NCBI GenBank assembly: GCA_035642125.1 | Contig: DASQSZ010000034.1 | Coordinates: 2,977 to 66,976, forward strand | DNA: 64,000 nucleotides | Origin: Streptosporangiaceae bacterium | Lineage (GTDB): Bacteria > Actinomycetota > Actinomycetes > Streptosporangiales > Streptosporangiaceae | Direction of reading: 5' to 3' | In this document: one piece after another, positions 1-8,136 of the stretch | Position numbering within the stretch: the first letter of the stretch is position 1 | Layout: the number at the start of each line of letters is the position of its first letter | The notes under the pieces: generated by a model | Told to the model about the DNA's origin: nothing | Databases searched by the model: none | The model's input: the letters and a program-made list of their open reading frames with translations, nothing else | Translations under genes and position numbers: made by a program

Positions 1-62
1 CTTCATAGCCGGCCCGGCGCAGCATCCGGTTAACGGTGTTCTTCAAGCTTGTTGTATTCATG
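1..62 (-). CDS. hypothetical protein, N-terminal fragment (gene runs off left edge)
   Basis: ATG at 62 on minus strand opens MNTTSLKNTVNRMLRRAGYE...; only ~20 codons visible and no clear RBS. Confidence 0.2.
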
Positions 63-191
63 GAGGCAGGGGTTGTCCGAAAAGGTCACCCGTCACATTA
101 GCGAAGAGTCACGCAGCTAGCCGTCATTCACGCCAAACGACGTGGCCGGCGTCGCCGGTGGCCGGCGGCCGCGCCCTCCTGTTACGGCTGC

Positions 192-1892
192 TCAGCGAGG
201 TCGTGCGCGGCAGGCGCTGTCGAGGGAGACGGCGTTGTTGCCGCGACCCGCCGGCCCGGTGGTCGCCGTCCCCGGCCGGGTGGCCCGGGGGGTGACGGCC
301 CGGCCGGACGGGCTCGAACCGGGCCTGGCCGTGCTCGTCTTGGCCGCGCCGGCCTGGGCGCCACCGGTGATGGCCTTGGCCGTAACCGCACGCATGAACA
401 AGATGTTCGGCTGGTAGACGCGGAATCCGGCCAGTCTCGACGGGTCGAATGGGAGGCTGCGCACCTGAGCGCCGCGCTTGACCGTCGAGGCCAGGTCCAC
501 CAACGCCGGCAACAGCTTGGCCGGGATGTTGGTGGAGATGGTGTTTTTCGCCGCGGCCGCCAGCTTTTGGACGTGCGTGAGAACCCGCTGTGGGTCGGCC
601 TGGTCGGCGATCGCCTTCATCAGGCACTTCTGCCGATCCATGCGGCGGAAGTCGTCGTCGGCATGGCGGCTGCGGCCGTACCAGAGCGCCTTTTCTCCGT
701 CCAGCTTGCGCGTGCCGGGCTCGATATAGCCGACGGGAGGCAGCCCCCTGGCCGGGTCACCGCCGATCGGCAGCCGTTTTTCGACGTGAACCCGTACGCC
801 GCCGATCGCGTTCACGATGTCCTTGAAGCCGGCCAGGTTCACCAGGACGTAGTAGTGGATCTTCAGCCCGACCAGGTAGCCGATCACCTCTTTGAGCAGC
901 TGCGGGCCCCGGCGCCCGGCGCGGTAGCCGGGGGTGAGCCCGGGATGCCGTTCGCCCATGATGTACAGCTCGTTCAGCAGACCCTGATCGCCGGGATCGC
1001 CGGTATAGCCGTTCGGCCACCGCGACCGCAGTCGCGGCGGCATCTGGAAGCGCTGCAGCGCCCGCGGCAGGCTGATCAGCACGGTGTCGCCGGTCTTGGT
1101 GTCGATGCTGGCGACCGTCATCGAGTCGGTGCGGATGCCGGTGCGGGACTTCCCGCCGTCGCCGCCCAGCAGCAAGATGTTGACGCGCGGCAGGTTCTGC
1201 CACGGATCCGCCGCGTCGATCCCCGGGCCGGAACGATCGTCTCCGGGGAAGATGTCCTGCAGCGTGTTGCGCAGCACGTACGTCGCGTTCGCCGCGTAGA
1301 CCATGGGCGCGCACACGCCCACCACCAAGACCAGGACGAGCGTGCCCGACAGCAGCCGCGCCACGGTCGGCAGCTCATCCGGCCGCACCAGCTGGTAGGA
1401 GCGGATCACCACGGTGCTCCACACGAACGCCAGCACCAAGATGCCCAGGGTGATGCCGTTCAGCCAGACCCGCTCCACTGCGATCGGCGCAAGTGTCCGG
1501 GAGAACCCCGCCGGAATCCCCACCGCGATCGTCGCGGCCCCGGCCACCAGCAAGCCCCACAGCGCCATGAGCGTAAACCCGGCCGGCCGCCGGCCGACGC
1601 GCACGTGGGCGATGCCCCACACGAGGGTGGAGGCGAGCGTGAGTCCAAGCGCCGCCCATCCCCCGCCGGCCGGGCCGGCCCCCCGCCGGCGAACCCGTCG
1701 GCCGACCCGCCGGTATGAGCGCCGCGATGCGCGCCGAGACCGACGAGGTGGCCGGGCCGGCTGGGCCGGCCGGGATGGCCGGGATGGCCGCGGTGGTGCC
1801 GCCCCGGCCTCCACCCAGTCGTCATCACGCCAAGCCGTGCGGGCTCGTGCCATACGGTCTCCTGGTCCGCGCGCAGGGACGCCGGTCTCCAC
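192..1892 (-). CDS. LytR-CpsA-Psr (LCP) family cell-wall glycopolymer phosphotransferase
   Basis: 566-aa ORF; core LLLGGDGGKSRTGIRTDSMTVASID...LISLPRAL is typical of LCP proteins; Arg/Pro-rich N-tail plus TM helices; alternative start M14 at 1853. Confidence 0.9.
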   Translation of the reverse strand: METGVPARGPGDRMARARTAWRDDDWVEAGAAPPRPSRPSRPAQPARPPRRSRRASRRSYRRVGRRVRRRGAGPAGGGWAALGLTLASTLVWGIAHVRVGRRPAGFTLMALWGLLVAGAATIAVGIPAGFSRTLAPIAVERVWLNGITLGILVLAFVWSTVVIRSYQLVRPDELPTVARLLSGTLVLVLVVGVCAPMVYAANATYVLRNTLQDIFPGDDRSGPGIDAADPWQNLPRVNILLLGGDGGKSRTGIRTDSMTVASIDTKTGDTVLISLPRALQRFQMPPRLRSRWPNGYTGDPGDQGLLNELYIMGERHPGLTPGYRAGRRGPQLLKEVIGYLVGLKIHYYVLVNLAGFKDIVNAIGGVRVHVEKRLPIGGDPARGLPPVGYIEPGTRKLDGEKALWYGRSRHADDDFRRMDRQKCLMKAIADQADPQRVLTHVQKLAAAAKNTISTNIPAKLLPALVDLASTVKRGAQVRSLPFDPSRLAGFRVYQPNILFMRAVTAKAITGGAQAGAAKTSTARPGSSPSGRAVTPRATRPGTATTGPAGRGNNAVSLDSACRARPR

Positions 1893-2074
1893 GCATCATG
1901 ATCGGGGATGCCGGGCCCGGCCGCCCGAGTTTTGCGAGAGGACCGCCCCGACGTGCGCACACACCCACCACTAGTTACCAAGTTTCACAAGTATCTCGAC
2001 AAGCGCCACAAGTCTCAAATAGCGGCAAAGCCGCTGATCATGTCATCAACGGCTACCGTTGCGGGGTGCCCCCC

Positions 2075-3439
2075 ATGCGCGCCCCCGCCTCGGTCCCTCC
2101 TGCCCACCCGCCGGATCACACCGCGCCCGCCCCTGGTCAGCCGGCCCCCGATCAGCTTGCCTCTGATCAGCTTGCCTCTGATCAGCCGGCTCCGCCGCCG
2201 CTGGTGCGGCTGGGCTGGCTGGACGCGCTGCGCGCCATCGCCGCCCTGGTCGTGGCCTTTCAGCACGCGGCCTATCGGTACGTGCCGAGCCTGCACTGGG
2301 AGATCACGCAATGGTTCGACCCAGGCACGTATGGCATCACCGTGTTCTTCCTGGTCAGCGGCTACATTGTGCCGGCGTCGCTGAGCCGTACCGGCAACGT
2401 CCGCGGGTTCTGGATTAGTCGCCTGTTCCGGATATATCCGTTGTGGGCCGTCGCCTCGACGGCGATCGTGCTGCTTGCCGTCACCGACGTCGCCGAGTGG
2501 CGCTTTGGGTTGCCGGACCTCGCGCCGGGTACGGCCGTGCTCGCCCACGTCACCATGCTGCAAGATCTGCTGTTCGTGCCGAGTGTGATCAACGTGCTGT
2601 GGACGCTGTCGTATGAGATGGCGTTCTATCTGCTGGTGGTCGCGTTGTTCACGACCCGGCTGCACACCCGACCGGCGCCCATCGCGGTCGCGTTCGCGCT
2701 GGGCGCCGTGGTGTGCGGAAGCCTGCTGCCGGTGGCCGGCCTGTCCCAGGCCGCGGGCATCGACGTGGTCGTCGCGGTCGCCACGGTCGCCGCCCTGGGC
2801 GCGATCGGCTGCGCCATGTCGGGCCATGCGGTGGTACGTACCGCGGGGGCGCTGCTCGGCGGCGTGCTCAGCCTCGTCCTCGTCATCGGCAACGGGCGGG
2901 TCGGCCCATGGCAGGGGCTGGCGATCATGGCGACGATGTTCCTCGGCACGGCCATCTACCAGGCCGAACGCGGGCATGCCAGCCGCCGCGTCGTGGCCGT
3001 CGCCGCCGCCGTGGTGCTGGCCTGCTCCGTCGCCGCCGGGGCGTGGCATTCGCGCACCTGGGGCCTGCCGGCGGCGGCCGAGGCGGCCTTCCAGCGCGGC
3101 TGGGCGTCGGCCATGGTGCTGGCCGCGCTCACCTTCGGCCTCGGGCTGGCGCTGCGCCACCGGCGGCTGCCTCGCCTGCTGACCGGGATCGGCCTGATCA
3201 GCTACTCGATCTATCTGTTGCACCCCGCGCTGTTCCAGAGCCTCGATCACATCGTCGGCCGCCCCCGGCACGACGCCCCCGGCATGCTCGCCGCCGCGTT
3301 CGGCGTACTGCTGCTGGTGAGCTGGGTCTCCTACCGGCTCGTCGAGGCGCCGGCGCAACGCCTCGGCCGCGCCCTCGCCCGCAGGTGGAGTTCACCCGCG
3401 ACCACCGCGACCGCTGCCACAGCCGCGAACGCCGGTTAG
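2075..3439 (+). CDS. acyltransferase family 3 (OafA/YrhL-like) membrane protein
   Basis: LGWLDALRAIAALVVAFQHA, GITVFFLVSGYIV and RIYPLW motifs with ~10 TM helices; start moved to ATG 2075 because the longer ORF (1715) overlaps the divergent LCP gene. Confidence 0.85.
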   Translation: MRAPASVPPAHPPDHTAPAPGQPAPDQLASDQLASDQPAPPPLVRLGWLDALRAIAALVVAFQHAAYRYVPSLHWEITQWFDPGTYGITVFFLVSGYIVPASLSRTGNVRGFWISRLFRIYPLWAVASTAIVLLAVTDVAEWRFGLPDLAPGTAVLAHVTMLQDLLFVPSVINVLWTLSYEMAFYLLVVALFTTRLHTRPAPIAVAFALGAVVCGSLLPVAGLSQAAGIDVVVAVATVAALGAIGCAMSGHAVVRTAGALLGGVLSLVLVIGNGRVGPWQGLAIMATMFLGTAIYQAERGHASRRVVAVAAAVVLACSVAAGAWHSRTWGLPAAAEAAFQRGWASAMVLAALTFGLGLALRHRRLPRLLTGIGLISYSIYLLHPALFQSLDHIVGRPRHDAPGMLAAAFGVLLLVSWVSYRLVEAPAQRLGRALARRWSSPATTATAATAANAG

Positions 3440-3688
3440 CCGAGTTCACTTAATCCCGTAGCCCTCCGTGATCATACTGCACCTCATTGTATATTTCGTG
3501 TTAAAGGGCGTTCAGGTGAAGTTCAGCAGGTAGGCGCCATTCACACTCCTGAACAGCCTTGATGGTGGTCCCCCGACACCGGGTCCGCCAGGCAGGGCAA
3601 GTCATCCCGTGGTGCGCCAGCTCATCACCGAGGTTGCACGGGATCGCCTGACACGCGAGCGCATGCTGTGGTCAGCCTGAGAGGGACT

Positions 3689-4498
3689 ATGCCGAACACC
3701 CGACCGCAAAACGACGAGAAGGTAGGTCAAGATTCAGGCCAAGGCTGGGTTTGGGTACTGGGGGTCACGTTCTTAGTCATCGCGCTTGGGCTTGGAATGT
3801 ATATGCTGGTGGCGGGACTGAATGCAGCCGGTCAGCTGGCCAGCGTGGTCGGAGCCATGGCCGCTATAGCAGGGTTGATGGGTGGAGTGACGGGGGGCTT
3901 TCGTTGGCAGCCCCACCTTCGGTTCTCCAGAAAGGCATTGATTGGCGCCGCTATTGCGGCCCTTGCCACCATCGTGACCGTGAGCACCGTGATCGTTCCC
4001 AGGCTAGGACACGGCACCGTCCCGCCGAGCCCGCCCCCTGGGCGCAAGGTCGTCGACGACGGCCGTGCGTTTGGCCCACGCGGATCGAGTCGTTTCACCG
4101 TGACGATCGATCCAGCAAACACGGGGGTACGAGTGATCCGTCGTCTCGACGCCGGTATCGCCTTGCAGAGCGCGACCATTACTGTGAACGGAACCAGGGC
4201 CGGACAATGGCAGCCTCTGCCCATTCAGCTCAACTATCGCTGGCGTGACCAAAGCATCTACATTCCGCAATCTCTGACCGCAGGGCAACGATCGCTTACC
4301 ATTGTCAACACATTCATATCCTCCACGCAGGACTTCAACGAGTTCGCCTACTTCATCGATCACAAGGTGGACGAAAGATGGTCTACCAGCGACATTCTCG
4401 ACATCGGCCCTGACCATCTCGCCAGCGAAGACGCCCACCATTACCGCATTAGCGAGGAGACTTTTGCCGGGCCACGAGCCTATGAATACCCAAGGTAG
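3689..4498 (+). CDS. membrane-anchored hypothetical protein with C-terminal beta-rich domain
   Basis: ORF 3668..4498 with ATG 3689 after GAGAGGGA; two TM helices then Pro-rich linker; locally lower GC and lower GC3 than neighbours. Confidence 0.55.
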   Translation: MPNTRPQNDEKVGQDSGQGWVWVLGVTFLVIALGLGMYMLVAGLNAAGQLASVVGAMAAIAGLMGGVTGGFRWQPHLRFSRKALIGAAIAALATIVTVSTVIVPRLGHGTVPPSPPPGRKVVDDGRAFGPRGSSRFTVTIDPANTGVRVIRRLDAGIALQSATITVNGTRAGQWQPLPIQLNYRWRDQSIYIPQSLTAGQRSLTIVNTFISSTQDFNEFAYFIDHKVDERWSTSDILDIGPDHLASEDAHHYRISEETFAGPRAYEYPR

Positions 4499-4544
4499 GA
4501 GCGGACGGTGGCTGTCGGGCGCCGCAGCCGGAAGACCGACGGGG

Positions 4545-5432
4545 TCAGGCGTGCAGCCAGGATTCGATGAGGTAGCGGTCGATCGAGTCGGGCCTGCCGA
4601 GGTGACCGCGGGCGCGGCGCCGGTCCAGCAGTTCGGCGCGGCTGAACCAACGGGCCTGGATGAGCTCGTCGCCGTCGATGTCGATGGCGTCGCTGAGGGC
4701 GCGGGCGTGGAAGCCGAGCATAAGGCCGGCGGGGAAGGGCCAGGCCTGGGATGCCCGATAGGTCACCTCGCCAATGGCGACGCCGGCCTCTTCGGCCACT
4801 TCCCGGCGTACGGCGTCTTCGAGGCACTCACCGACCTCGACGAAGCCGGCCAAGAGCGCGTAGGCGTCGGGGGCGGCGCCGGCATGGCGGGCCAGCAGGC
4901 AGCGGGTCGGCTCGCCGGGCGCCTCGACCAGGGTGATGATGGCCGGCTCGATGCGCGGGAAATGCTGCCGTCCGCAATCGGCGCATCGCCGCGTGGCGCC
5001 ACCATCCGCAAGCTTCGTGGGGGCGCCGCAGCCACCGCAATAACGCTGATTGCGATGCCAGTGGCACAACCCGCGGGCGTAGGCGAGCACGGCGGCCTCG
5101 GCCGGGGCGAGTCGGCCGACGATGCGGCGCAGCTCGACCGCGGCGTCGGCGCCGACGGCCGCGAGCGCGTCACTTTCCGCCAAGGCGGACAGATCGACGG
5201 CGAAGACCGGCACATGGTCGTCCAGGCCGAGAAAGACCGGTTCCCCCTCGATCGGCGGCGGGTTCAGTACGGCGCCATCCCGGAGCAGGCACCGATCCCG
5301 CCACAACGGGATGGTCCTGCGCTCGGGGTGGGCCAGCTGATCGCGCAGCCAGGCGGAGTCGCCGCGTCTCCGGCCCGCCCGATCGAGCGGCCCGCCGTTG
5401 TAGGGCAGGTCACTCCGAACCACATATGCCAT
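4545..5432 (-). CDS. nudC: NAD(+) diphosphatase (NADH pyrophosphatase), Nudix family
   Basis: Zn-ribbon CGGCGAPTKLADGGATRRCADCG followed by Nudix box GFVEVGECLEDAVRREVAEEAGV; start set to MAYVVRS (5432), divergent from the Lrp gene. Confidence 0.85.
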   Translation of the reverse strand: MAYVVRSDLPYNGGPLDRAGRRRGDSAWLRDQLAHPERRTIPLWRDRCLLRDGAVLNPPPIEGEPVFLGLDDHVPVFAVDLSALAESDALAAVGADAAVELRRIVGRLAPAEAAVLAYARGLCHWHRNQRYCGGCGAPTKLADGGATRRCADCGRQHFPRIEPAIITLVEAPGEPTRCLLARHAGAAPDAYALLAGFVEVGECLEDAVRREVAEEAGVAIGEVTYRASQAWPFPAGLMLGFHARALSDAIDIDGDELIQARWFSRAELLDRRRARGHLGRPDSIDRYLIESWLHA

Positions 5433-5480
5433 GAAACCTCCTATGCCGTACACAATCCAGCAAAACGCTAATATTCCCAT

Positions 5481-5921
5481 ATGGACGATGTCGACCGGGC
5501 GCTGCTGCGGCGGCTGCAAGACGACGCCACCCAGCCGTACGCCGCGCTCGGGCAGGCGGTCGGCCTATCCGCCGCGGCGGCCCACGAGCGCGTCCGCAAG
5601 CTGCGGGCCCGCGGCGTGATCCAGCGAACAACGGTCACGATCGATCCGGACGCCGCCGGCCTCGGCGTGCTGGCGTTCGTCCTGGTCGAGGCCAACAGCT
5701 GGATGGGCGACGCACACGATGCCTTCGCGGCCATCCCCGAGATCGAGGAAGCCCACATCATCGCCGGCCCGGCCTCAGTGCTCCTGAAGGTGCGCACCAG
5801 CGACACCCAATCCCTGCAACACGTCTTGCGTCAGATCTTCGACATCGACGGCGTCACCGGCACCAACACGATCGTCGTCCTCGAAACCGCCTTCACCCAC
5901 CCCGTCAACCTCGCCCCATAG
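5481..5921 (+). CDS. Lrp/AsnC family transcriptional regulator
   Basis: 146 aa; N-terminal HTH (DRALLRRLQDDATQPYAALGQAVGLSAAAAHERVRKLRARGVI) plus RAM-like C-terminal domain. Confidence 0.9.
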   Translation: MDDVDRALLRRLQDDATQPYAALGQAVGLSAAAAHERVRKLRARGVIQRTTVTIDPDAAGLGVLAFVLVEANSWMGDAHDAFAAIPEIEEAHIIAGPASVLLKVRTSDTQSLQHVLRQIFDIDGVTGTNTIVVLETAFTHPVNLAP

Positions 5922-6114
5922 GGAGAAGGCAGGCCCACACCCAACGGTGTGAACTACTGTCTGGCGGCCCAACTCGCGACCCAATAGGGGCCCTCAGACT
6001 GCCCAACGGAAGCGAACGCCGCGTCGTCGTGAGGACCATAAACGCCTTGGACCGGCCTATGGTGCTGGATTGAGCGGCAGCGGGAACCGCGCACAACGTC
6101 TGATCAGACGCGTA

Positions 6115-7263
6115 TCAGACGGGGTTGTGGGGCGAGTTCAACCACACGTGCTGCCCGTCCGGCCCGACGGTGAGCCCGAACCGGTCGGTCGTCGGGCGGC
6201 CCGCCTCGATCCACCATCCGTACGCGGCCTCGATCTCATCCCACAGCCGCCGCGGCCCATACTGCTCGACCGCATACGGCGAGTGCCCCTCGAAATCGAT
6301 CGACGCCCAGGACCGCTCGCCGGAAAGGCCGAGCAGCCACACCGTGAACTCCCCCGACTCGTCGGCGGCGTCGACGCGGTGCCAACTGACATCGCTGACC
6401 CGTGTCGCGACCGCGAAATCGATGTCCGGATCACCGAACACCTCGCGCGGATCCAGCTCGGTCGTCTTTCGGTCCGGGTGGTCATCGGCGTGCACATACT
6501 CACGCAGCGGCCCGAGCAGCACCCGGTCCCGGCGGAGCCACATGAACGCCGCCCGCCCAACGAACCGGCCCGACGCGGTCCCGTCGTCGTTGACCGTCAG
6601 CTTCAGCAGGGCATCGTTGTGGTAGGCATCGCCGTACGGGGTGAGGATGATCCCGCCCGGGCGAGCCTGGGCCGGCCAGGCGGCCGGGATGGCCTGGACG
6701 GATGCGGTGGCGATGATCCGGTCGTACGGCGCGCCCGGCGCGTACCCGGCCGCGCCATCGCCCGTCACCACGGTGGGGCTAAACCCCGCACGGCCCAAAG
6801 CGATGCGCGCCGCGGCGGCCAGCTCGCCGTCCACCTCGACCGTCGTCACCGCATTGTCGCCGAGACGCGCGCACATCAGCGCGGCATTCCACCCAGTACC
6901 GGTGCCCACCTCCAACACCCGCATCCCCGGCTCGAGATCCAGCTCAGCAAGCATCCGCAACACCAGGCTCGGCTGGCTCGCCGACGAGGTGGAGTACTCA
7001 CCAACCACGCCAGGCTCGGCCGGCCGGTCGTCGTCGACCTGGGTGACGATGTAGCCGTCCCGGTTCACCAAGCCCCACCAGGCGGCCGAATCATCCTGCC
7101 GGGCCAGCGGATACCAACCGCGGTGGCCGGGGCGGGAAACCCAGATGGTCGGCGGGATGAAAAGGTGCCGTGGCGCGGCCTCAACTGCCTTGCGCCACTC
7201 GGGGGCGAGCACGCCGGCCGCCTCGAGCTCGGCAGGCAGGATGTAGCTCGGTTCTCCGGTCAC
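6115..7263 (-). CDS. protein-L-isoaspartate O-methyltransferase (PIMT)-like SAM methyltransferase, long form with C-terminal extension
   Basis: 382 aa; SAM-binding VLEVGTGTGWNAA and PIMT-like TGDGAAGYAPGAPYDRIIATASV...PGGIIL; extra ~170-aa C-terminal domain; GTG start at 7263. Confidence 0.75.
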   Translation of the reverse strand: MTGEPSYILPAELEAAGVLAPEWRKAVEAAPRHLFIPPTIWVSRPGHRGWYPLARQDDSAAWWGLVNRDGYIVTQVDDDRPAEPGVVGEYSTSSASQPSLVLRMLAELDLEPGMRVLEVGTGTGWNAALMCARLGDNAVTTVEVDGELAAAARIALGRAGFSPTVVTGDGAAGYAPGAPYDRIIATASVQAIPAAWPAQARPGGIILTPYGDAYHNDALLKLTVNDDGTASGRFVGRAAFMWLRRDRVLLGPLREYVHADDHPDRKTTELDPREVFGDPDIDFAVATRVSDVSWHRVDAADESGEFTVWLLGLSGERSWASIDFEGHSPYAVEQYGPRRLWDEIEAAYGWWIEAGRPTTDRFGLTVGPDGQHVWLNSPHNPV

Positions 7264-7358
7264 TTCTCCTTGCCCGACCCATGTGTGCTGCCCGTCTGGC
7301 CGTCCGATTGCTGCTTGGTGAGCCTGTCGTCGGACTCCTCGCCGCTGTGCTTACCCAT
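7260..7358 (-). CDS. micro-ORF (32 aa) translationally coupled to the PIMT-like methyltransferase
   Basis: MGKHSGEESDDRLTKQQSDGQTGSTHGSGKEK; GGGTGGA ~6 nt upstream of ATG; its TGA overlaps the downstream GTG (GTGA); GC3 ~88%; below the ORF-track cutoff. Confidence 0.3.
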   Translation of the reverse strand: MGKHSGEESDDRLTKQQSDGQTGSTHGSGKEK

Positions 7359-7625
7359 CGCATCCACCCGATCTCACCCCGTGAAGTTCGGCCACCCTCA
7401 GCAAGCCACGAGACCAAGCCGACGTCAAGCGGCAGCCCAATACCCGAGCGGCTCGCTGACGCCGTCACCCACGGACCGCTCGCCTCAGTGGGGATGGCCT
7501 GCTCATCTTCGGCGCGTTCGGTGCGCGCTGACCGTCGTGTGCGCGCTTCGTGCGCGCAACGCCCCGGAATGCGAAACCAGCGATCTCCGCGAAGATCGTG
7601 TCTTCGAGGAAATCGCTGGTGAGAG

Positions 7626-7715
7626 CGGAGGCTCGGGGATTTGAACCCCGGATGGGCGGTAAACCCAAACCGCATTAGCAGTGCGGCGCCATAGACCTGA
7701 CTAGGCGAAGCCTCC
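7626..7715 (-). tRNA. tRNA-Ser (anticodon GCU), type II with long variable arm
   Basis: Manual cloverleaf: acceptor GGAGGCT/AGCCTCC, anticodon stem CCGCA/TGCGG with loop CTGCTAA, variable arm, T-arm CGGGG-TTCAAAT-CCCCG, discriminator G. Confidence 0.9.
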
Positions 7716-8136
7716 TGAGCCAAACAGGCCCACATAGGCTACCGGTCGATGTGCACGCCAGCAAAGCGGCTGCCCGGACCCGGGATGGGCGATAGCTTTC
7801 GGACGAGCGGATAACTTTGTCAGACTTCTTCGGGTTTACTCCCCAGTGGGCCACACCTGGCTGGCCAGGCTCTCGAGGCTGTTCCGAGGCCGCGAGGACG
7901 GGCATACGCTGGCCTCTCTCCGCGACCAAGCCCCCGGGACGTGGAGGCTCAGGGAGGGGGCACGAGGCGGTCAGGTGTTCCTCGACAACACGGGCTCCCC
8001 AAATGCCAGAGCCTGCCAAACCTGACCGCCTCGCCCATTCTTTGGGGGGGAGTGGTCTGCGCCGTCGCGGCCGCCGCCAGTGGTTCCGCGCGAACCCGCG
8101 GCGGCGCAGATCGCAAAAGGTCGCGGCCTAGCCGGC

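Noticed and set aside
567-1718. 383-aa plus-strand ORF antisense to the LCP gene (similar cases at 2015..3358 -, 6070..7644 +, 8080..9534 +, 13450..14694 +)
   Set aside because: It has Arg/Pro/Gly/Ala-rich low-complexity translations typical of off-frame ORFs in 70% GC DNA. Each fully overlaps a gene with clear family motifs on the other strand.
6115-7263. FxLD-type or other lanthipeptide cluster around the PIMT-like methyltransferase
   Set aside because: There are no LanB/C/M/KC-like, kinase, cyclase, ATP-grasp or lasso maturase genes within 10 kb, and no Cys-rich precursor. Only the micro-ORF plus methyltransferase pair is retained as a lead.
7940-8040. SRP (4.5S/ffs) RNA next to tRNA-Ser, as found in some actinomycetes
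   Set aside because: It contains GGTCAGGT in a long hairpin but lacks the conserved GGAAGGAAGCAGC-type domain IV motif on either strand.
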